DNA of 64,000 nt. It comes from Candidatus Hodarchaeota archaeon. Its GTDB lineage: Archaea > Asgardarchaeota > Lokiarchaeia > Sigyniarchaeales > SOKP01. Position numbers and translations under genes: made by a program. The notes beneath the pieces were generated by a model, which worked only from the letters and a program-made list of their open reading frames with translations, was not told the DNA's origin and ran no database searches. The number at the start of each line of letters is the position of its first letter. The first letter of the stretch is position 1. The stretch covers positions 32,001 to 96,000 of the forward strand of contig JBHLKM010000016.1 of assembly GCA_048886685.1 (NCBI GenBank), read 5' to 3'. Of the stretch, positions 41,459-51,100 are shown in pieces.

Positions 41459-41560
41459 GCAGATGTAGCCTAGTTGGTAAGACGCTGGCCTTGAGTAGAA
41501 CTTACAATCAAGTGAGCCAGTGCGCGTGAGCGCTCGGGGGTTCGAGTCCCTCCATCTGCG
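41459..41560 (+). tRNA. tRNA-Ser(TGA) with a 19-nt canonical (37/38) BHB intron at 41496-41514
   Basis: CTGGC-CTTGAG^TAGAACTTACAATCAAGTG^A-GCCAG. Helix CUUG/CAAG, bulges AG^U and UG^A, long variable arm. Confidence 0.93.
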
Positions 41561-41582
41561 CTTTGTAAACTAGTTTTTGAAA

Positions 41583-41686
41583 GGGCTATTGGCGCAGGCA
41601 GGTAGCGCAGCAGGCTCTTAACCTGACGGTCGGGGGTTCGAATCACTCGTTTGGAAAAGACGAGTGCGAAATTCCCTCATAGCCCG
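41583..41686 (+). tRNA. tRNA-Lys(CTT) with a 30-nt non-canonical T-loop (59/60) BHB intron at 41643-41672
   Basis: GGGCTAT/ATAGCCC acceptor, anticodon loop CTCTTAA, GGGGG-TTCGAA^TCACTCGTTTGGAAAAGACGAGTGCGAAAT^T-CCCTC. Confidence 0.9.
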
Positions 41687-41803
41687 TTCTTTTTCTTTAT
41701 TAATAGTAGACATTCCATAAAATCCTCTGGGTCTAAAGATTTATTGTTTACTCCAATCTTAATTACATTAAACATAATTCCTTTCTTTTTAGTTGAAATT
41801 CAT

Positions 41804-42637
41804 TTGAATAAAGAAGAAGCTAATAATAATAGGTCAAAATTAAGGATACATCCAAATCTTAGAGAAAATTTCTTTTATATTATAGATTCAAAAGATAAGG
41901 CATATAGGCTAGGATTTTTATATGCAGATGGAGGAATAACTGTAGATAAACGAAATCTTGCTAGTTATAGGCTTAAAATTGAAATTAATAAGAAGGATGA
42001 ATATCTAATTGATAGATTTTGTAACACTATAGGTTTTGAAAAAAAATATAAATCATATAGAAAAGATTCCAATACAGTCAGAATTCGTATAGGGAATAAA
42101 AAGTTAATCAATGATCTAGTGTCAAAGGGAGTTTACTTAAAAAAATCAAAAATTATTGAATTACCAGATTTGAATACTAGAGCCTTTTATTTAGCCTTCC
42201 TTTTAGGTTATTTTGATGGTGATGGTAAACAAGTAACCTCAAAAATTACATCTGGAAGTAGAAAATTCTTAGAACAAATTAAAAATTTTTTTAATTTACA
42301 TACAAAAATTCATACAAAATCCGGTTATGGAAATGCATATGATTTGTATTTAGGGAGTAAACTATTCAATGAAATGATGGATAATTATCAGTTTAGCTTA
42401 CCAAGAAAGAGATTTAAGTTTCCTTCGAGAGAAGAAAGAATTAAGAAAATGAGAAAGAATGCATGGAAACATGGGAACAATAGAAAATTGGTAATTAAAA
42501 AAGAAAAACTCGAAAAATTAGTTTGGGAAATATCTATATCCAAAATTGCAGAATTATATGATGTATCAGATACAACAATCATAAATTACTGTAAAAGATG
42601 GAAGATTATTAAACCGCCTAGAGGATTTTGGATTTAA
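41804..42637 (+). CDS. Free-standing two-motif LAGLIDADG endonuclease-like protein with C-terminal HTH
   Basis: AYRLGFLYADGGI and AFLLGYFDGDG motifs, C-terminal SISKIAELYDVSDTTIINYCK. TTG 41804 preferred because the track start lies inside tRNA-Lys. Confidence 0.85.
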   Translation: MNKEEANNNRSKLRIHPNLRENFFYIIDSKDKAYRLGFLYADGGITVDKRNLASYRLKIEINKKDEYLIDRFCNTIGFEKKYKSYRKDSNTVRIRIGNKKLINDLVSKGVYLKKSKIIELPDLNTRAFYLAFLLGYFDGDGKQVTSKITSGSRKFLEQIKNFFNLHTKIHTKSGYGNAYDLYLGSKLFNEMMDNYQFSLPRKRFKFPSREERIKKMRKNAWKHGNNRKLVIKKEKLEKLVWEISISKIAELYDVSDTTIINYCKRWKIIKPPRGFWI

Positions 42638-42668
42638 TATAATTAAATGTTTTTTAATTTTTCTCAAA

Positions 42669-43625
42669 TCATAAAAATTGGAAAATTACTTCAAAGTCTG
42701 AGAAATCAAATGGTTTTAAAATATAGCCATCTGCCATAGTTTCGGACATTTTCTTCTCTACTTCGCTCCCAGGTATAGCAGTTAATAAAAAGACAGGTAT
42801 TGCTTTATATTTCTGATGTTCCTTAATCATTTTACAGATTTCATAACCTGAAATATCGGGAAGAATAATATCTAGCAGAATCAATTTAGGGACGCCACCC
42901 CTTAACTCATCGATACCTTTAGTCCCACTCACGACGCCTTTACATTTAAAACCTTTGCTTTCAAAATAACTGGTTAATAGCCGAATGGTCGCTAAATCGT
43001 CCTCAATTAATAGGATATCATATTGTGGCTCAATTTCTTCCGTTTTTATATCGTCTAGAATGTTAATAATCTTATTTTCAAGAAGCATACTTTGATCAAA
43101 GATATTTTTAATAGTTGATAATATTTCTTCATCTAGATCATCTTTATAGTTCTCTAAAAGTAGTTGGCTAAAACCTTTGATGGTAGTTAATGGCTCCTTT
43201 AGAGCATGTGAAATGTTTGAAAGAGTTTTTTCATTCATTCCTTTTAATCCACCGCTCAGCAAATCTGACTTTTTCTCAATGTAATAATCCACGCTATCTC
43301 TAATTAATGCTGATATTGTTGAATAGTCATGAGATTCCTTAAAGTCTTGCCATTTGGTTTTGGTCTCTTCAGATACATATAAAGAAATCCGTTCCTTGTC
43401 TCGATCGTAGATTTTCTCTCCTTTTAACCACTTTTTAAACCCCTCAGTTATAGTTCCTCGCCAAATCGCATATCCACCGGTTTGGTCTTGATATATTTGC
43501 ATTAATTTTTGTCCACGTGGGCTTTCAAGATCTAGTTTTGCAATCTCCTCATCAGTCATACTTATACGTTCGGGATCGCTTTCATCATTTTCTTCTTTTT
43601 TGTTTGGTTTTTTTTCGCCCGAAAT
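42669..43625 (-). CDS. RHH-HisKA-receiver regulator, paralogue 1 (probable ATT start; first ATG at 43559)
   Basis: ERISLYVS...TISALIRDSV (RHH), SHALKEPLTTIKGF (HisKA), IEDD...LLDIILP...LTA...KPF (REC). Confidence 0.85.
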   Translation of the reverse strand: MSGEKKPNKKEENDESDPERISMTDEEIAKLDLESPRGQKLMQIYQDQTGGYAIWRGTITEGFKKWLKGEKIYDRDKERISLYVSEETKTKWQDFKESHDYSTISALIRDSVDYYIEKKSDLLSGGLKGMNEKTLSNISHALKEPLTTIKGFSQLLLENYKDDLDEEILSTIKNIFDQSMLLENKIINILDDIKTEEIEPQYDILLIEDDLATIRLLTSYFESKGFKCKGVVSGTKGIDELRGGVPKLILLDIILPDISGYEICKMIKEHQKYKAIPVFLLTAIPGSEVEKKMSETMADGYILKPFDFSDFEVIFQFL

Positions 43626-43917
43626 TTTCTCTCCAACTCTCTAGGTTTTAATATTATTGATTTTATAAATTTGTAAAAGAAATACTATTAATATTTTTGT
43701 ATACTTCTTATTAAAATTTGTATCTAATATTATATTTGCTTTCTTTTTTTATAATAATAATCGTTAATAAAATGATTGTTTACAATAATTTGTAAATTTT
43801 TATCATTTAATAATTCTTTTTTATTATAAATAGTAATGTGTTATGTAAGCATAGTATTAAAACTGAAAATCAGTTGTTTCTGAACTCACTTATAAGAAAA
43901 ATATGGAGATTGTTCTA

Positions 43918-44883
43918 TTATTTTTTTTTACCCTTTAAGATATCAAAAATAACTTCAAAATTATTAAAATTAAAAGGTTTTAATATATACCCATCAGCAT
44001 TAGTTTCTTCTAAATTTTTCTCCACTTCAGAACCAGCTATAGCTGTTAAGAAATAAACTGGAATATTTTTATATTCTTTATCGGACTTAATGGTCTTGCA
44101 GATGTCATATCCACTTAAATCCGGCAAAATTATATCTAATAAAATTAGCTTGGGAATGGCATTTCCTAATTCTTCCAGTCCTTTAGAACCGCTAACAACA
44201 CCTTTACATTTAAACCCTTTACTTTCAAAATAACTCTTAATAAGGCGAATTGTTGCTAAATCATCCTCAACCAATAGAACATCATATTCAGGTTCTACCT
44301 TAATATTATCTAAAATATTAATTTTATCTAAAATATTAATTATTTTCTTTTCAAGTAGGATACTCTGTTCAAATATATTCTTTACCGTATCTAATACCTG
44401 TTCATTTAATTTTTCTCTGTAATTCTCGAGCAGTAATTGTGAATATCCTTTTATTGATGTAAGTGGTTCTTTCAGTGTATGAGAAATGTTAGAAATAGTC
44501 TCAGGATTTAACTTTCCTAAACTAGTACCTTTTAAATGCTCTTGACTCTCAATAAATGTATCTACTGCTTCTCTAATTAATTTTGAAATAGTTAAATTAC
44601 CATCATGCTTGGTATAATCTAACCATTTCAATTTAGTATCTTCAGAAACATATAAAGAAATCCGTTCTTTGTCCCGTTGATAAATCTTTTCTCCTTTTTG
44701 CCATTTTTTAAAGCCTTCAGTTATTACTCCACGCCATACCGCATATCGATTAGTTTCTCTTTCATATTGTTTCATTTCCTCAGTTTTTTCAATGGAATTA
44801 TTATCAATTTTTATTAAATCCTCATCTTCGAAGATGTCTTCTGTTTTGTCGGTAGTTTTATCTGTATTCTTTGAAGGCGGAAT
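43918..44883 (-). CDS. RHH-HisKA-receiver regulator, paralogue 2 (probable ATT start; first ATG at 44775)
   Basis: Same architecture as paralogue 1 with long identical blocks. Confidence 0.85.
   Translation of the reverse strand: MPPSKNTDKTTDKTEDIFEDEDLIKIDNNSIEKTEEMKQYERETNRYAVWRGVITEGFKKWQKGEKIYQRDKERISLYVSEDTKLKWLDYTKHDGNLTISKLIREAVDTFIESQEHLKGTSLGKLNPETISNISHTLKEPLTSIKGYSQLLLENYREKLNEQVLDTVKNIFEQSILLEKKIINILDKINILDNIKVEPEYDVLLVEDDLATIRLIKSYFESKGFKCKGVVSGSKGLEELGNAIPKLILLDIILPDLSGYDICKTIKSDKEYKNIPVYFLTAIAGSEVEKNLEETNADGYILKPFNFNNFEVIFDILKGKKK
44306..44341. repeat. Perfect 18-bp tandem duplication inside paralogue 2
   Basis: TTATCTAAAATATTAATT x2, giving INILDK-INILDN in the protein. Confidence 0.9.
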
Positions 44884-45185
44884 TTTTTGACCACTAATTG
44901 CTCTCGATAGTTTTTATTGAAAACCTAATAAAAGAACTTATATTTAACGTTTTTTTATTAGTTAAATTTTGAGGGATATGCGTATGAAAAAAATTTTCCA
45001 CTCAGTATTGAACAATTAATAAAGATTTTTGTACACAAACAATAATTACACCATTTAATAAACTCCTAAAAAAAGTATTAAAAAATATGTAAATGAAATG
45101 AAATTGCTGATAGCCATAGTAAAACAAATAAAGATAAAAGATCTAATCTTAAAATTAAAAAAAATAATTTAATTAATATTAGTCG

Positions 45186-48100
45186 TTATTTTTTTCCTTT
45201 TTCTTGAGTTTTTAAATCAAAATATGCATCCTCAAGCACTTTTAGATATTCAATTAAAACTTTTTTTGCTTTCGATTTTTGTTCGTATGCTAATTTGATA
45301 TTGCTTAAAAGATATTTTGGGAAGATATAATCAATGTACAGATCAGAGAGAAGGGTGTAATACTCAATATTGTTCTCATCTTTAAAGACTTTAATCATTT
45401 GAGTATCCCATAACATTTTCAGTACGCTATAGATATCTTCAACCCCTTTCTTTTTAAGCTTTTCAAAATCTTGTTTTGTGATAATCGCCGTTCTTAATAA
45501 TCGTAGTGTTTCATAAACTTGCGGATTGATCAATATCTCCACAATTCGAAGGTTATCTTCTTCTGAGGGATGATAATTTTGAAAAAATTTCTTTACTTCA
45601 GATGAATAAGCTTTAGCAAATTGAGTTGGTAAACCTTTAACTATTGGATTCTCTAACAAATTAATTGGGGGTACTCGAAGCATAAAAAGATCTTTAGTAA
45701 GGAAAATTAATTCTGAAGGCATACCCTTTACTGAGACTTCTTTAATAATATCTCTTTTAATAAGATCAATTAAAATTGCATCTAAATCGATGTAACTTTC
45801 AACATATTTGTCCTTAATCCAAATTTCTAATTCAGATTTATAGGCTGCACCATAATCCCTTAAATTTTTAATAATTATTCGTTTAAGTTCATTATAATAA
45901 TTATTTGCTAAAATTTCTTCTTCACTAAGAGAGGGGTATACTGCTATTCGGTGAAAAAGTGAAGGGATCATATGTAAGTAAGAATCATCTGGTAAATTTT
46001 GTAATATTATATGAACAATATCTGACATTCCACCTTCATAAACATCAGGATCATCATCTAAATTTAAAAATAAAAGAAGATAATATCCTGGTTCTGGTCC
46101 TGTATAGTATGATAGGATGTTTAGAGAGCCAGCAGTTAATGTAATTACTCCTTTTTCTTCACTATATTCATGGGCACTATAGACTTGCAATAGTGTTTTT
46201 TCAGAAATTTCAAAATTTTTAGGATATGTAGTAACGATTTCAGTCCCAATCCTTTCATCCCATTTCATCAATACCATTCCTACAGGTTTTTTATCATGCT
46301 TTCTTGAAAATTCGGCGACTTCTCTCTCTTCTTTAGGTATCTTCTTATACTTTTCAATTTTGATCCCAAAAATATCTTCTAACGATAATCCTAGCGTATC
46401 CCATTTTTCTCTTATTAATTCCCCTATAAAAGTTTCTTTATTGTGGTATAAAAGGGATTCTGGGATTATCTTATTTCCATCAATTGCTTTTTTCATGGAT
46501 CTAATTTTTTTAACGAATTTAGGAATTGTAGCATATTTATAGACTCTATATCCAACTATACTACATATTGATGCAGCAATAGCAAAAAGGATTAATAGAA
46601 AGTAAAAGGTGGGCATTCCAGGGAAAACTTCTTCCATCTGAACTACAATGGTGATGCTAAATTCTTGAGTGATGTAATCTTGTTTTGAAACATTGATTTT
46701 ACCAGTTAAAGTCTGAGCAGAAAAAAATGCATTTATATTATCTGTAGGAAAATTAAGTTTATAAATACCATTTCCAATTTCTTCAAATTCATATAAAATT
46801 CCTTTTATATCTAATATTACTGTAGCATTTAATAAAGGTAAATCACCTTTAGTGGGATCTGTTACCTCTATCTCAATTGGAACTAATTTGCCCTGAACCA
46901 CGCTTATTTGACTATCTTTAAATCTATCACTAAGACTGTAGCTAATCTCTCTTTTATTGATGAATAATGAAAAAATCACAATTTTATAATCATAATTATC
47001 TTTATCGAAAAAAATTGTTATTACGTATTTTCCTACTGCTAATGTTTCAGTATTCAAATCTAAAACATATAAATCATCTGTAGTAGTGTTTAAGATTCCT
47101 CCACCACTTTCAATAACTTTATTCTCATCATCATACTTTTCCCAAGTAAAATCTTGATATTTCAAACCAATGATGTTTCTCCCTGTTAATTCGTCGGCGT
47201 ATGAAAAAGTATAATTAATAGAATCCTTTACGTATATATTATCCATATGATATAAATAAATATTTGAACTCCCATTAATTAGAGTTAATCGGTTTAATAT
47301 AATCAAATCTAAATATAGGTTTGCCTCTGATGAGTCATAATAATCTTTAATGGGGGAGAATATTAGGGTATACTTACCAGTATTTATAATTGATGTGTCA
47401 ATAGTTTTTATATAACATCCCAAGTTTACATTGTATTCAATAGTTCCATAAATGTAAGGTGCTTCTTGTATTTCATAAGATACTTTTCCTATAATATCAT
47501 AACTTATTTTTCGTGAATATTGAATTGTAAAAGAAAGAGTAAAATTAACTGATTGATCCGCTTCTATAACTGCTGTATAAAGAATGTCTTTACTAAAATC
47601 TCTTAATGAGAATAAACCCTCTCCTGCCCCTCGAGGACTATCAGATATACTATATAATTGGCCTCCAATTGTAATTCTCATATTAATTTCTGATGGAAGA
47701 AGATAATCAGTACCATTATTTATTCCCTTGATCCACAATATAGCACCATCATCAAACCAACCATTCTCAACAGCACTAATTTGAAATACCCCACCATTAT
47801 TAATATCCTTCTTATTCCTCGACAAATTAAGAATTTCTAGATATTGATTTTTATAAAACTCTTGAATATAATCAACCTTAATTATAACATCAAATATTAC
47901 ATTAGTGTCGCTTTCAACATCAAATAAGAATTGATTGCTTTGAGGATAAATTATTCTATCATCTATTGTTAAAATTCCAGTCCCATTTGAATATCCCTGG
48001 TCTAAATTATATTTAAATCCCTCATTAGTAGTTATATTAATAGTTGTTGGATTAGATAAATTTACTTTACTCCATGTGGAGGTATTATAACAATTATATA

Positions 48101-51100
48101 TCTCAAAAGAAATACGTTTAATTGCCCATCCTTCAACTTCAGTTAAAACAGATATAGTATCTGTTATATTAAATTCTGAAAATTGAATATTAATTGTATC
48201 TCTTATAAAATAAGCATCAACTATGATATCTATAGACTCTGTAAAAGTACCGTCTATTTTAAAAGTAAAATTGTTGTTGCCAATTAGGCTACCTTTATTC
48301 AATGCAATTTCTAGATTATACCAACTCCCGTTATTCGCAATCGAATCATAATAATAATAATTACTATTACTAGTATTAAAAATATGTTTCCCTCCATAAT
48401 CATCAGTAATATTAAGATTGATATCTCCCTCAGGAACTCCGAAAGTTACATTATATACATTAAATACAATCCTAGATAAATTAAAATCGTTATAAATGCT
48501 AGGGATGGAAAATGTGAAAGTATCACTATTATTTTTAACTAAATTTTTTTCAATCGTAAAACGTTCTGAAATTGCACCGTAAGTATTTACTGAAAAATTA
48601 ACATTATCTGACCAATACACAGTTTGAGCAGAATAATCGTTTTCTGATTGGTTTAGTATTAACTCATTCTTTAAAATCTGTAATTGAAATATTAAATCTT
48701 GAGGAAGGATGTATCCAGATTTTTGAGCTGAGATTTTGATTAAATAATATGTACACTCTAATCCTGAAGTTTCAATTTTAACTTGATGGACACCTATGTT
48801 ATTTTCTTCAATAGGAATTATCTGTGATTGAATGAGAGTCGTACCTTCCAATATTTGATATAACATTGAATCGGCATAAGTAGGTCCTAAAAATGACTCA
48901 TAACTAGATGGTACTTTGGTAACATTAAATAAAATTCTTAACTTTAATATTGATCCCCATTTGATAGCAATATTATCTGTTGGATTGAAGGATACTAAAC
49001 TAGTCTCAAATTTTTCTAACTCACTCTGGGTAATATCAATCTTGATTTCATAAGTGATTTTTGCGTTAATTGAAAAATTAACATCATAAACCATTCCAAG
49101 GGTAAGACCTGATATTTCAAATTGCCATTGCTTCCCATAAAAATCAAGATTTAAGGAATAATTTGAATTAATTCCAGAGGAATTTAACCATCTAAAAATT
49201 GCATTTCCGTATAAATCCGTGGTTAAATTTACAATATTTTCTTCCGTGTTAGTATTATTTAATATTAATTTTACTCCACTCACTGGTTGAGATGTATCAA
49301 TTGTAATTACTGTAAAATTAACGGTTGTTAGTTCCACTTGTACTAGAACTGTTGAATTTACTGTATTTATAACACCTGTTTTAAGTTTAATAGTGTTAGG
49401 AGTATAATCGATATCTTTGTAAAAAATTGAGTAATTATATTGGTAAGGGGTTGTATTTACCCACCAAAATGTGGCATGCCCCACATTATCAATTGTACAA
49501 TTTTGAAGATTATGTGAACTATTGCCAACAATTATCCACCCTGAATCAACAGGAATCCCATCAACGTCTAATACTTCAAAGAAATTTGTGCTAACATTAC
49601 AAATTAGATTTATTATTTGAAAAGTTTTATCGATTAGAATTGCTGTTGACGTAGTATTTACTATTTCTTTATGGTTACCATCATAAGATATTATTGTGAC
49701 TGTAAAGTTATATTCTGCTTCAGTTAAATTAGAAAATAAAACACCTCCATTAATATCTGCGATATCAGTTCTAATTAATTTAGTATAATTGTACATAGTG
49801 ATATTGGCATAAGGTATTGTATTACCATATAAATCAATAGCATTAACTTGAGCAGTATTAATCCCTACCAATTCAGTTTCTTGTTCCAATCCAAGAGAGA
49901 AAAATAAACTAGGATCATGTTGGTTATTGTATTCCGTTTCAATCCACCCAGGAGTGAGTGCAACATTAGATATTCGGATTTCGTCTAATAAACCATCTAT
50001 ACCGAATGTCACCCATGGAAATTGAAGATCTTTGGTATTACTAACGCCACTAACCCCACTGATGTCTGTACCTGTTCCATCTTCAATTCCATCTTTATAA
50101 ATACGAATCTTATTATTAGCTCTATCAACTACTCCTGTAATATGGATCCATGAATCAAAAATGATATTGGTGCTTGGAGAACCAATAACCGAAGTTCCGT
50201 CGGATATGCGAAAGCTAAGATAATTACCTGTTGTTGGTGTTTCAAAATCAAAACCTTTATCTCCTGCTGATGATGCTCCTTTATATAACGGTACTTGCCA
50301 TGTTCCCAAACTATCATCAATATTAATCCAAAAACTAACTGTGAAACTAGTTAATCCAAAATCAAGATGGTTATCGTTAGGATCTCCAACATTAACCGTC
50401 CCAGTAGAGCCTGTAGTCGCAAAATTAAAACCTCCGTTTACTTTACCACCAAGAACCCGGGAGACTGTCCCTGTAACTGTTCCGCTAGCATGATATTGAG
50501 TTGAGTCAAGAGCATCGCCACTTAATTCGGATAGGTGCCATACACCTTTATAATTAGAATTCCATACTCCCTCATGACTCCCTTGTGGATGTAAAGTTGA
50601 ATTTCCATAAAACATACGAATTAATGTATCTGTAGAGGTCGAAAGAGAGGGAAACCGAACCCAAGCAATCAATTGAGCATGAGTAATATTATAATTTTGG
50701 TTAAATAATTCTATTTCATGATCAAGCCAGTCATTACCTAATGCAAATGCAATATCTTGACCATCAGGTTGGACATCATTATGTAAATCTTGATCAGTAA
50801 TAGAAATTAGAACAGGAAAATTAGTATGATCAACTAAACCCATAACCTTAGTATGATCGATTATTATCTCTTTATAATACTTAAAATCGTTAAAAGAAGG
50901 GATGTAAACTAAATTTGAAGTACCTATACTATAAAAACTATTAGGATTATATTGGTTATTATACCCTGTTTCAATCCACTCAGAACTGATTGCAATATTA
51001 GAGATACGGATTTCATCGAATAATCCTTTAAAGTGGTATGAAGTAGACCAATCTTCACTTAAATAAAGTGTCCTGGCAGAATTGATATTCCCATTTGTGA

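Noticed and set aside
41651-41803. N-terminal 51 codons of the LAGLIDADG ORF in the track
   Set aside because: They start inside the tRNA-Lys intron and cross the tRNA 3' end and a T-rich tract. TTG 41804 is more plausible, so the endonuclease is not intron-encoded.
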